In this document: positions 50,944 to 64,000 of the stretch, piece after piece
How positions within the stretch are numbered: position 1 is the stretch's first letter
How the letters are laid out: each line of letters starts with the position of its first letter
Assembly (NCBI GenBank): GCA_000320545.1
Contig: ADNK01003472.1
Span: 1 to 64,000, forward strand
DNA: 64,000 bases
Direction of reading: 5' to 3'
Source: Bigelowiella natans CCMP2755
Taxonomy: Eukaryota; Protista; Cercozoa
The notes under the pieces: model-generated
Databases searched by the model: none
Seen by the model: only the letters and a program-made list of their open reading frames with translations
Told to the model about the DNA's origin: nothing
Program-made: the position numbers and the translations under genes

Positions 50944-53900
50944 TGTAGCGCGTACCACTACGCGGGCACAAGTCACGTGCGACAACAAAGGGGTTGTCGC
51001 GGATATAGAATATAGATAACGTAGATATTAATACAGCATAGGCACGTGGGTTCCGGCGGGACTCATGGCAGCACACCGGAAGTGTGCTGCCCCACGTGCG
51101 GCGGCATTCGCGAAAGCTTCGCGAATGATTACGCAGTGCACGATTTAATAAAAATATAATCTTTAATAAAAATAAACACAACTCTTCAAAAGGAAGCAAA
51201 CGTGCCTTTCCCCCCCCCTGCCTACTTGTGCACGTAGCGCCTCGGCCTGTGAACACCTTACGCGCAACAACCTTTGGCTTCCACACACGGGAAACGATTT
51301 GACTAACAATGTCACAGCAGCTAGAAGAACAGCAGGACTTTGGCTCGCAGGCCGTGCAAGGGCACGAGCAGAAACAGGAAAGGAAGGGCGATACGGACGC
51401 TAAGGAAGGAGGAGGAACACCTCCACAGGCACCGCCGGGACCAGCACCCGGGATTAAGAAAGCAGATGCAGCAGCAGAGGCACTGGAGAACTTCTACGAG
51501 GCGGACGACGAGGACGTGGCCGCCGAAAGCAAGAAGGTCGTAATGGCATTACGAGCCTTGCGACCCAGGGCGAGCAACTACGCCAAACTGAAAGTATCGA
51601 TAGAATACAAGTATCAGACACATGATGTTTGGGCAGCTATCATGCAGGACATCATGGATTACGAAGCAGACTTACCTCCAGAGTGGGCAGCTTTGTTTAG
51701 GAACGACGGGGGTCTGGGCGCCTCGCGGGGGACGACCCAGAGCACCGTCAAGCAGCAGCAGCCGGTACAGCGGAACACCCAGTTCATGTCTGTTAAAACA
51801 GCACCGGTTATGATAACGAAATACAACGGGAAAAGAGGTGAGGCAAGGAGGTGGTGGAAGAACGCTAGGAGTATACTCTGCGACTTTACCCCTAACCCCA
51901 CCGAAAACGACAAGCTCAAATGGCTAGCTATAATAAAGCAAGCCATGGACCTTTACGAGACAGGCAGGACCCGGATCAGGCAGCTAGAGAAAATACACAC
52001 TACAGTTAGTGGGCTACGAGACGTTGAGGCGATAATGAAGGCTTTTGTAAATGAACAGGATGCTAACTCCCTACCCCAGGCTATTAGAAAATACAGAGCA
52101 ATGATGCAGCATGAGAGAGAACCTGTTAGAGACTTTGCCACGCGCTTCCAGGATATGATCGACGAACTACATGATTTTAATTACAACACAGGTGATGATC
52201 AGGCAAGGTTTGAAGAGTTCAAGTTAAAGATAAAGGAATCCACTTACGTTACGGAGAAAGGCTACACCACGATGGAGGCAGCAGTGCAGGCTATATCCCT
52301 ACGCGAGCAGGAGCAGGACCGCAAGTTTACCAGCCCTAAGGTACCTGGCATAGGAAACATTAACGCTATTAAGCCGCAGCGAGACTGGTACAAGGACAGG
52401 GAAGGTAACCGACGTTGCGGATACTGCTCACGTAAAGGGAAACACACCGCTAAAGACTGCAGAGACAGGAAAGAAGGACGACCCAGGATGACGATCAGGC
52501 AGCTCAACGAACACTACGAGAAGTTAAAGAGAAAGAAAGGCAGAGGACAAGGATATAACAACAGCAAATGGCAAGGCAGCAACAACGGGAAGAACAATAA
52601 ATATAAGAACAAAAAGCAGAACAGTATCAATGCTATACAGCAGCAGATAAACGGAATATTAGATCACCTTAAGCAGGCGCCGACGAAGACAGCAGTACCA
52701 GCAACGCAGGACCAAGACAAGCCCATGACCCTAGACGACATAAAGAACTTAGGAGTATGCAACATTAATGACGAAGACGCTAACAGGACTATCAAAGTTG
52801 CTATGACCAAGGTTAAAGTTAAAGACAGCTACGGAGACTACAAGAAACTACCTGCCCTTTGGGATAGTGGCAGCATGCCGAAGTCCTTCATAAGCCTAAG
52901 CACAGTAAGAAGGTTAGGACTATTGGATCAAGTGACTAAGAAAGAACGTAAATATGCTCAAGCAGACGGAAGCTCTTCCATGAAGACCGTCGGTGAGCTA
53001 ATGCTAAAGCTACAGATACCTGGCAGCGACGCGGAGACCCAAATCAAGACCCGAGTAGCCATGACTTTATCCATGGAACTACTCCTCGGACAGGATGCCC
53101 TAGAAAAATTAGGGGGGATCATATCATTCTACAATCACAAGATATACTTTGCTAAGTTGCCAAAGAAGTCAGGCAGGACCATCAGCCAGAACATGATACG
53201 GCTTGACGAGTGGACCTCTGAGTCAAGCGTTAATGCGTTAGAGTTTATGGACCTAGCGGACAACAAGCTACCTACACCTACCGAGCTACGGAAGAAGAAC
53301 CCCGGCAAGACCATCCGACAGATAACGGAGCTACTGGACAAGACCCCCCCAGCTGATGATTGGGATATCGACAAAGGCAAAAAGTACATTAATAAAATAT
53401 TAAACGAGAAGTACTCTGACATCACCAAGCCGACGACGAAGCCCTCCAGCAAGCTTACCCCAGTAAAGATCGAGCTAAAGAAGGGATACGAAGAGTGCAT
53501 CATCAATGACCCAGAACATAGGCGACCGGAAGCGGACTGGGAAAAGATAGAGTGGCAGATCAATGAATGGGCAAAGGAAGGGAAGATAGAGCCAAGCAAC
53601 TCACCATGGAACGTGAGACATGTGCTAGCTAAGAAACCTACTTACCCTTTCTTCCGCCTGGCGCACAACTTCATCCGCCACAACCGAGTAATAAAGAGGA
53701 TCCAGACACCTACACCAAGGATAGATGACGTTATTGAACACGTCATAGGATACAAATACTACTCTTCCCTAGATAAAAATGAATCATACATGCAGACACC
53801 CATCCACAAAACCTCCCGCCCCATTACCGCGTTCTCCAGCAGGCACAGGAAGTGGCACTTCGTCGTATTCCCTTACGGCCTAAGCATATCAGGGGATGCG

Positions 53901-56660
53901 TTCAGTAGTCAGAACTACAGGGCATACACACATGATGGGATGGCGTCTGTGTTGTGGGTGTTTGTGTTTGTGTATGTGGATGATGACATAATATGTACCA
54001 ACACAGTCGTCGCTCAGATCTTCCTCCTGGAAAATATATTTATTAGGTTTGCACACTTCGGTTTTACTATTAGACTGCAGAAGTGTACATTCCTAGCTAC
54101 AAGAATCAAGTGGTGTGGATATTACCTGGAGCAAGGCCGCATCACCCCAAACCCCGAGAAAGTAGCAGCACTACAGCAAGCCCCTAAACCTAAGAATGCA
54201 AAGGAGTTAAAGTCATTCTTGCAGACTGCAGCTTGGATACTACGTAGGTTCTCCCCTACCTACGCTAGGACTGCAGCTGCTTTTACTACTGCTTACCGGA
54301 AGGAGAACTCTGTAGGCCTCAGCTTCGCTAAGGTGTGGGCCAAGGCTGGCCTTGATGCCCACTTCGATAACCTAATAAAGTTATGCAGCAACACCCTATT
54401 GAATGCTAAGCTAGACACTACTAGACCAGCTACCCTATGGACAGACTGGTCTAAGCTAGGTATGGCTGCTGTACTTACCCAGGACCAGCAGATCATACGG
54501 GTGTGGGGGCAGGGCCTGCACAGCAGCTGAGGCCAAGTACAGCCCTACAAAAGGAGAGTATAAAAGCCATGACTGAGGCGCAGAGGAACTAAGATACTAC
54601 CTGCTGTCGGTGCCCAGCTTCACCTTAATGACTGACCACAAGCCCCTCCTAGGCATCGACCGCAAGCTCGAAGCGCCTAACGATGAGTATGCAGCTATGA
54701 GGGCGGACACGGAAGAGTTTAGGGACAAGAGGACAGTGGTCTACGCACCAGGAGACAAGCAGCTTGCTGACTATTTCAGCAGGCTGTTCGAAAAGAAAGT
54801 CCCTACCCAGGTCACCCCTATGGTTAACGCGATTACCTTCGAGGACGGCGACTTCCTGCCTGAGCCAGAGGAGCTCCAGCACCTTCAAGAACACCTGGAT
54901 AAATACAAACACAAGCATGAGGTACTTAGTGATAGGATATATGTATACACTAATAATGTTAGGCGTACCTACGTGCCACGGCGGACCAGGGGAGCCCTTC
55001 TCTTTACCGCCCATGGACCTGCACACGTAGGAGAAAACCATATCACTGCTCTACTCTACCATTACTACTGGCCCTACAAGCTAAAAGAGATAAGGACATA
55101 CCTGCGTGGCTGCAGGTGCTCCAGCTTGAAGGCGGCAGGCGTCGCCACCAAGGAGTCCAGCAAGAGCCGTGCATCTAAGAAAATCAAAGCAAGGAACTTC
55201 TTAGATATCGTGCAAATTGATGTTTATAAGTACGATGGCTATCACTACCTTACCTTCGTTGATGTGGCCACTGGAAAGTGCTGGGTTAAAAAGATTATCA
55301 AGGTCAACGTTGCTAAGAAGAACAAAGGCTTATATAAGCAGAGGCTTACTAACTGCTACCGTACCTGGGAGTCTGAGCTCCAGGCTATCCCTGATGAAGT
55401 TAGCATAAACAAGATACCAAAGAAGTTACATGTGGATAATGAGACCTCTCTTCTACAGCTACCACACCCTAATATTGATGCCTCACCTGTATACTATGCC
55501 CAGTCCAACTCCAAGGTAGAGCGACTCCACCGCACCTTGGCCAACCTAAGCAGGATAAATAGCACCACACCAGACAAGATACAAGGGTTAGTAAACGACA
55601 CCTTCACGTCTGGGGGAGGTATCAAGGATAAGGAGAGGGAAGAAGGCGACGACAACGACGACGATACCGAGAGCGAAGACGAGAAGGTCCCGTACGATGG
55701 CCGAGTTCTAAAGGAAGGACAGTATGTTAGGGCCAAGGTAAATCTGAGATCGAGAAATAAACAAGACCCCTTCTGGGGTGGCGTTGCAAAGGTTACCGAG
55801 AGGAAGGGGAGGAAGCAGTACTACATCTATGATGGGAACAGGGTCACCTTGCGCCACATCAGTCACCTAAAGAATTATGATATCGGTGAGAAGCTCCTAG
55901 AGGATGTTAAAGTAAACCCTACTGTGTGGGAGCGAGCAATGCCTTGTTTAGGACCCCGACCTAAGTTCGATGTGGAATATGGAAACAATAAGGTCAGGGT
56001 GAACGACGATTGGCGCATGAAGATTGTCTATCTAGGCTACCCTGGATTACGAAATATGGAGAGGGTAGCTATGAAAATAAAGGACGGAAAATATCAGCTA
56101 CTCTACCTAGCTGTTCCCGACTTACCCTTTGAGCACTGGTATAAGGTCCTGGGGGACCTTGATGCAGAGGGCTGGTATGGACACGAACCTAAGGACGAAG
56201 GTGAGTTCTGGGTAAGCGACAAAGGAGATAAGGTTAGAGAGGAATCTATTACCTGGTGGTTGGTGAAGTTCCGAAAGCGATGAAGGTCTAAGGGAATAAG
56301 GAAGGAAGGAAGGAGCAACGTGACTTGGGGGAGGTGTAGCGCGTACCACTACGCGGGCACAAGTCACGTGCGACAACAAAGGGGTTGTCGCGGATATAGA
56401 ATATAGATAACGTAGATATTAATACAGCATAGGCACGTGGGTTCCGGCGGGACTCATGGCAGCACACCGGAAGTGTGCTGCCCCACGTGCGGCGGCATTC
56501 GCGAAAGCTTCGCGAATGATTACGCAGTGCACGATTTAATAAAAATATAATCTTTAATAAAAATAAACACAACTCTTCAAAAGGAAGCAAACGTGCCTTT
56601 CCCCCCCCCTGCCTACTTGTGCACGTAGCGCCTCGGCCTGTGAACACCTTACGCGCAACA
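50944..56660 (+). mobile_element. Full-length Ty3/Gypsy LTR retrotransposon, copy 2, with 4-bp TSD AGTG
   Basis: LTRs at 50944-51269 and 56335-56660, PBS at 51275-51292, AGTG at 50940-50943 and 56661-56664. Essentially identical to copy 1. Confidence 0.97.
51309..56283 (+). pseudogene. Gag-Pol of copy 2, net +1 frameshift in RNase H (may be a consensus error)
   Basis: ORFs 51309-54530 and 54610-56283 match copy 1 except for three homopolymer indels and one substitution at ~54480-54590. Confidence 0.8.
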
Positions 56661-57131
56661 AGTGAACAGGAATGTGGTTCATGGGTAGGAGGAAAAGCCA
56701 CCCTTGTGGCCGAAATCCCCGACTTCGACCACTCATTTTGAATTCAATGGCTTGGGCCACGATGTGCAATGATCGATTTGCTAAAGGTGCAGACGCACGT
56801 CAAAGACATCCAGGATTTTTTGACTAACTCCGAGAAAGAAATCGTGCGCATTTTTTGGGAAAGACATGGATGATTTTTTGGCGAATTTAACACTCGCATT
56901 ATTATCATCGGTCACGAAAACGACGACGAGGAGGAGGAGGAGGAGCAGGAGCAGGAACATGGCGGTCATCAAATGGATGGTGATACACCATTGTGCAGGT
57001 TGAGGTTCGTAGGTCGGTCTCCTCCTCTATACACCACCAGCACCCAAGAAGTAGTCAGTAGTGAGTCAGTGAGTAGAGATTTACTACGTTGTGGCAGCTG
57101 ACCGACCGACCGACCGACCGACTGACCAATA

Positions 57132-57425
57132 ATGCAACAGCACCTGCAGCACCACCTCTTTAGTCACGGGCGTCGTCAGCAGTGGCCGCCACGTTCTTCC
57201 CTCCTCCTCTTTGCCACGTTAGCACTGATTGCGTTATACCACAGCTACTACTCTCTGTCATTTTATCATGGAGGTGAAGGAGGAACTGCTTATAATAGCA
57301 GCAGCCGTAGGCAACATCAACATAAACAAGAGCGGCATCAACATCTTCGGAAGAGGATACCATCCTCCTCCTCCTCCTCTCCATTATTATTATCATTATT
57401 ATCATCATCACTATCCCAATGCCCG

Positions 57426-57465
<40 letters not shown>

Positions 57466-58215
57466 ACCGCTGTTCTTCACCTCCTCCTCCCCCCCCTCCT
57501 CGGGACAACAACAAACCAGCAGTTGCTGACATGACGACACCAAATCTACTATCATCACCATCACCATCATCATCATCATCTTCTTCTTCGTCTCCTCCTC
57601 CTTCTTCTTCTCCCTCTTCTTCCTCTTCTTCCCATTCGCCGCCAACAGCGTTGCCGTCGGATGTTGCTGGTAATCTTGCGAAAAACTATTTGGATTTGGA
57701 CCAGATTAGTAATGACCTAAGCTCCTTAAGGGCAGATCTTCGAAAGAAGCTACGAGAAGACTCCAGCAAACCCGAGGGGAGGAATTTACAACAGATAATT
57801 CTCAACATGAGCGATGAGGAAATTATACAAATATTGCGGCAAGAATCGAGTCAGATCGTCAACGAAACATTTCAATTATCACAGGAACAGATAAAGGCTA
57901 TTCGAAATGAAGCAAAAGATACGGTTCTCTTCGACGACAGAAAGAACGATCATTTGGAAGACCCTCCTCGTACTAACGAGTGGTTCAGAAATTCCGCTCA
58001 AGTATCAACAATTGCGGGGCAGCCTTTTAGGTAGTAGATCATTAAAGAAGTGTTGTTTACTTTCTTCGAATTCTGCATTTGAAACATCGCTTAAGCTGAT
58101 TGCTCCATTTCATATACTGTATTTAAGTCATATACTGCTGCATTAAAGGCGGTAAATTGTGCATGTTCTTATTGTTCTTATCGTAGCGCGGCTGCCACAC
58201 GATTTACAATATTTT

Positions 58216-58254
<39 letters not shown>

Positions 58255-59248
58255 GCGTATGCGTGTGCGTGTGTGTGTGTGTTGTGTATGTATTGCTCCT
58301 TAGCGGTCATAGGGATGGATTGGCCTTGAAACATTCGCAGTTCAATGTTCCGATGGGTAGTAGTGGTGGTAGTAGTAATGAGGGTGTATGTATGGGGGGG
58401 GGAAAGAAGACAACAAGAACGGTTAGAATCATACCATGTTTATGTATTAGTAACAAATAATATATCGATATAAAAGTAGTAGTAGAACTACATAAATTTG
58501 TTGTATGTTTAAGTGTGTGTGTTGTATCAATGACGACTATCTTTGTGCGTTCCCATTATTGATTTATAGGAATGTCATTTGACATGAAAGGGAGACTTCT
58601 TGTTGCTGATGCTGCAAATAACCGCATTCGGAGGTGGTTCAAGTGCTAATGCTGCTACCACGACTACTACTACTATTACTATTTTGCTCTACTACTTACT
58701 ACCACTACCACTATACTCAACTATAAGCTGACGACAGGATTCTTCTTTCTCCTCCTCTTCTTCCTCTTTGTCATCATCATCATCACCAGTAGCAGCATCG
58801 CAATGTTTTAATGTGACGATTTTTTGGTGATATTCTTCTTCTTCTTTTTAGAATCTACTTGTCAGGACCGCCCTCCTCTCACTTACGAGGACGATATCAT
58901 CACCAAGAAGTAGCATCAACAGCATCATACGGACAAAGAAGAGGGCGATTTACTTATGATGATGATGATGATGATAATGAGAAGTTGCAGCAGAAAGGCT
59001 CCTACTCCGTTAAGGCATCAGTAAAATGTAATAACGACGAACAAGAGGCGTATGTGGCGACATTGGCAGGATCTGGTCCTTATCATGACCTCAACAAGTA
59101 CTAACATTTAGGAGGAGGAGGAGGAGGAGGGGCATCTGTGCTGCTGCATATGTAGTTGTGCTTTATATTATATGATGATGATGACGACGCATCATTGTAA
59201 TTTATGTTTAAAAGGTCAATCGATACGATGCAATGATCCTGTACACCC

Positions 59249-59280
<32 letters not shown>

Positions 59281-60227
59281 TTTTTCTTCTTCTTCGATTA
59301 TATTGATTAGGATTCCTACGGCGTCTTCTTTAGGAAAGATAGAAGATTCACTGCGGGTGGGTAGTAGTAGTATAATAGTTGTCATTGCATCATTTCAACC
59401 ATAATTCCTGATATATGGTTCCACATCATCGTCGTATCTTCTTCTTCTTCTTCTTCTTCTTCTTCTTCTTCCAATCATCAGGATGGTGTTGCATCACAAG
59501 CGTTGTTTAATTGGCCAAACGATATTTGCGTGGATAAAGATGTAGGAAATCATTCAATATGACGACAATAATCACTGCTATATCGAATAAACGCTCTTTC
59601 TCTCTTCCACAATCATTCTTCTTCTTCTCCTTCTTCTTCTTCTTCTTCTTCTTCTTCTTCTTCTCATCTAATTTATTCAATGGTGACAATGTTGAACTAC
59701 GACAGGGGGTGAGTACATGTGAGTATACAATCTGCATATGTTGTTGTTATTGTTGTTGTTGTTACAGTATTAATTAACACACATGAGTATGCTGCTGCTG
59801 CTGCTACTGGTGATGCACATATGCGTGTTGATGCTGGCTGCTATTACAGGACAATGTGTACGTAACGGATTGCCACAACCATGCCATCAGGAGAATCGAT
59901 CGTTATGGCATTGTGAGTTATTAGTCCTCGTCATAATATCCACCATCATTAAAATTATCATTATCATCATCATCATCATCATCATCATCATTACTATTAT
60001 AATTGATATTGCATCGTAGCATCTCACAATCTCAAATCATCAATGGAGTACTACTGCCGTCAGCAGCAATAACAACAACAACAACAGGTAACAACAATAG
60101 CTGGTAGTGGTCGTGAAGGCTTGAGCGATGGAGTAGGTACCGAAGCAAGGTTTTCGTATCCATCAGGCATCGATATTATCTACCCTAACAGTACTAATAG
60201 AGGAGTCTATTACTACAGTGATGGTGA

Positions 60228-60259
<32 letters not shown>

Positions 60260-60495
60260 ATGAGAAAAAGAGTAGGAAAGCAGCAGCAGCAGCAGCCATC
60301 ACGAATAGTGGGAATAGTAGTAGTAAGAAGAAATCGTGGAAGAATGCCGATGATGGACCAAAACTTGTCGTCAGTGATACTCTCAACGGTCGTGTCGCGG
60401 TAGTTGACATTAATACTTGATATTGTACTCCTGCATCGTTTGTTCATCATCAAATGGTTGGATTGAATATCTGCACGCACGTAAATATGTAAAAT

Positions 60496-60535
<40 letters not shown>

Positions 60536-60600
60536 TATTCGTCTTCTTCCAGATGATAAATCTTGAAGATTTTGAAGTAACAACTATTGCCAGGTTGTAT
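57132..60600 (+). CDS. NHL-repeat (beta-propeller) protein with N-terminal signal/transit-like leader, multi-exon; 3' end may extend further
   Basis: GMSFDMKGRLLVADAANNRIRR, YVATLAGSG, DGVASQALFNWPNDICVD, NVYVTDCHNHAIRRID, VTTIAGSGREGLSDGVGTEARFSYPSGID and KLVVSDTLNGRV. Confidence 0.85.
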
Positions 60601-61150
60601 TACTACTGTGAGTTCTTCTTCATCTTGTTCCAAATTATCATTTTCCTCCTCTCTCCGGCAGCACTAGATTCTGAAACGATGCTATGTACAGCATGCCTCT
60701 TACTTTCACTACTACTACTACAACTACTACTACTACCACTACAACGACGATATTTAGGAAAGGAAATGAACTACGGTGTCAGCCACACTCAATTGCCACC
60801 AACAAGTAGTACTCACTCCAACATTATATATTAATTCAGATAAAAGAAAACATAAATAAACACATTCTTTTAAAGAGAGTTCTCAGGGGAAGGAGGAGGA
60901 GGAGGGGGACATTGGCCATCAACATTTGTATTAAGCTGCTATTTTAGTAATCATGGTTGAATAGGGAATCATCCTGCTGCTGTGGAATTACCAATATTGA
61001 TATAAACAGAGAAGGAGGAGGAGGAGGAGGAGGAGGAGAAATGGGAACAACAACAAGAAGAAGAAGAACGAGAAACAGAAGAGGCACAAATGATAACGAT
61101 ATAGGAATAATCGCCGTGGGAAGTCACCTGTACTAAACTCATCGTCGGCA

Positions 61151-61215
<65 letters not shown>

Positions 61216-62485
61216 CAAAGTGAAAAGCAGTAGCAGCTAGACGGCGCATTGATTGACTGATTGATTGCCTGCTTGTTGATGTTTTTATATCGTAATGATA
61301 GTCGTGATGATTATAATTATAACTGGTGCCATGTTGTTTCAAATGGAGATTTGTTGATAATGAATATACGCATATTTTAATTTATCATCATTTTTAACGA
61401 AAACTCTTTCATAATTAATGCAATGATGATTATAATTATAACGGTGAGAAGGAGGAGGGGGATATTATGAAATGCAGCATTTACCGGGGTGAATAAAAAC
61501 ATACATACATTTATACAATATTAGCGTACCTGCTATTTCTAGTATTCTAGGTCGTCTCTTCTTCTTCTTCTTCTTCTACTTTTTCCCTCTTATCCTTATT
61601 CTTCATCATCATCTTCTTCTTCTTCTTCTTCTTCTATGTGTGCTTGATAACATAGAGGTGACCCTTATTCCGTGCAGATAGGAATGGACCTTATCAGAAA
61701 AACAAATTACACTACCAACGATAAAAAACATCTTAAATGCGACGAGGATGACGCCGACGATGACAGCGGTTGTGAGATCATCATCAATAACACACCATCC
61801 GTCGCTCAAAACATCATGATTCCACTTACCTACTATTACTACAACTACTTACTACTACTTCTACTACAACTAAAGGTTGGCGCAATGTTGAAGGTCCCGT
61901 AGTACTACGACCAAAGAAGAAAGGAAGAAAGAATAATCTATCGTTATTAGACCGTCTACTACTTGACGACAGCGAGGAGGATCATACCAAAACATTAAAC
62001 GACGACAAAATCGAAGAGGATAGACGACAATATGATGGTTTCTTCGCACCCTATGGTGATGATTAGATTGATGATTAGATTGATGATTAGATTGATGATT
62101 CAATTGATGATGATGATGATGATGATGATGATGTTGGTGATGATGATGAGTACTTATGCTATTTGGCGTCATTGACCACTAGTCGAAGTGTAAGGACCTT
62201 GTTGTAAACTCTGTTCTATGCTACTAATTGGATCATCGTATAACACATGCAATGCCAAAAAATAGAAACTCTTCTACTCACCCCTAATCCCCTCCCCACA
62301 CTAATTGCTACAACATTTCACACGACCAATATACTTCTTCTTCTTCGATCTAACATTGCTACGGATAGCAATGCACATTTGAGTGATAATTAAATAAATT
62401 ATAAGCTCTGGAGTTTGATGGCAAAAGAGGTGTACTGTATGTAGGTACTACCACAATTCTACACTACTATCACACTTTTCCACCA

Positions 62486-62522
<37 letters not shown>

Positions 62523-64000
62523 CTTTGGATGAATCATCAGCGGATACTCGCAATAACCGCGTTGTAGCTCTGGTTCGGAACAACAAACGAAGCAAATCGA
62601 AGCAGCAGCAGCAGCAGCAGCAGCAGCAAAATGATGGTGATGATCATCAGCCTCTGCAGCATCATCACCACCACCATCATGGTGGACTAGAACATCGGGA
62701 ACAAGAGAAGGCAAAAGGAGAAAAGTACTCGTTATCATCATCATCTCCCTCTCCTTCTCTCTCAACGAGCAACTACTTTAAGAGTTACATCGTGGCCGGA
62801 GCAGGAGGTCTATGTGGTATTATGAAAAGAACGAATCAACACAATAAAACAACAACAACAAATCTTTATGCTGTACTACATGATCAATTATCACTAATTG
62901 CGATGATGATAAATGCATACATGCTTATCATCTGCTACATACATTCTTACAAAAATCATCATATTGTTGGTGCCTATTATTAGTGGAACCAGCATTCTCG
63001 TCATCGTCACTTTATTGTTGCATGATGATGCAATCGCACCTGTATTGTTACAGCACCAACACCAATTTGTAGAGTAGTCGTACTAGTAGTGGGATCTGCT
63101 GTTTTATGGGCATATTATTACCTCAATTAAAGTAATTGTACAATATTGTGTTGCGTGATTTATATCAACAGCAACCGAGGATGGAGCTGCATCATCCGCA
63201 CGGTCAGTACATGTGTCATTATTGGGATAACGAGCAAATACGATGATTCCATATTTTGCTTATGTGGTGACAAAGAATCAACTATAAGCAGCAAACCTAT
63301 CAGCAGACGTGCTAATGTCCCCCAATATCATCATGATCAATATCATCATTATCACATCTCTCTCTCTCCTCTTCTCTGATCTTCTTGTTCCCAATTGTAA
63401 TAGTTTCCACCGGTTGCAGCATAAAATCACATTGTTTAGTCATTCGCGACCACAAATATATGCATCATAAATAAATAATACAGTGTATGTAGCATATGTT
63501 TCAGTATCTCCATGGACCAGAATGTCTGACTACAACAAATACTACTATTTATTGCTACAACTACTACTGCTACATCTACTACTGCTACTACTACTTCATT
63601 AGATTTGCGTACCCACAAGGAATCACAATCTCGGTTGTCCTCATCAAATGTGTAGTATTCGCTGCACTTTCTCTAGTTTCTTGTTTGGATTATTATTTGC
63701 ATACATGTATGATGTCACAAATCACACAATGTAGTTGTGGTAGTAGTAGTAGTAGTAGTGGCGGTGGTGGTGCAATAGTAGTGGTGGTCCTGGCGACGAT
63801 CGTAGGTAGAATGATGAAGATGTTGATTCAATAGAAGAAACAGAAAACCATTTATCTGGGAGAAACATATTTTTCAATAAATATTGATAAAACGTGATGA
63901 TACAAACTGAGTAGTCTCACGATCAAAAGTCGTATGATATTAGTACAATAATTTTCGATGCAATACTGACGATTTGAATTATCTGCTGCTGCATCATCTC

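Larger units (their letters stand above)
1..64000. repeat. Window-wide dense microsatellites: (CAT/ATG)n, (TAG/CTA)n, (GAA)n, (GAG)n, (CAG)n, (TA)n, (CA)n, (GA)n
   Basis: Seen in most introns and many exons (poly-S/D/H/Q/A/K tracts). Nearly absent from the Gypsy elements. Confidence 0.95.

Noticed and set aside
38531-56660. Segmental duplication explaining the two Gypsy copies
   Set aside because: Identity stops exactly at the LTR ends, and copy 2 has its own TSD inside an interrupted repeat, so these are independent insertions.
62448-63900. Probable minus-strand gene exons at the window end
   Set aside because: Splice-like borders are present, but no consistent reading frame or recognisable domain could be assembled.

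Overview
Eukaryotic nuclear DNA with many short GT-AG introns, dense tri-/dinucleotide microsatellites, and several proteins with signal peptide + transit-like leaders. This suggests an alga with a secondary plastid, possibly a chlorarachniophyte (inference). Host genes recognised by motifs: a TKL-like protein kinase, a DUF2431/BMT5-like rRNA methyltransferase, a multi-C2H2 zinc-finger protein, a spliced bacterial-type amino-DNA-methyltransferase (DPFxGxG ... TSPPY), an HMG-box protein, a multi-pass membrane protein, a tandem ABM/LsrG-like protein and an NHL-repeat protein. Two near-identical 5.7-kb Ty3/Gypsy LTR retrotransposons (326-bp LTRs) and a decayed DIRS-like element occupy 35.5-56.8 kb. 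The main signal is a set of sharply bounded islands of old repeat DNA (about 35.5-38.5, 44.25-44.5, 48.3-50.9, 56.66-56.78 and, more weakly, 16.9-17.9 kb) that have lost almost all TpA dinucleotides. Conserved DIRS RT residues there show TA->TG/CA/CG changes on both strands, which points to a RIP-like but adenine-directed (A:T->G:C) hypermutation system. The two young Gypsy copies sit unmutated inside these islands, and their integrase ends in what looks like a degenerate DIRS-type N6-adenine methyltransferase domain. All counts and domain calls were made by eye, and the ends of spliced genes are approximate.
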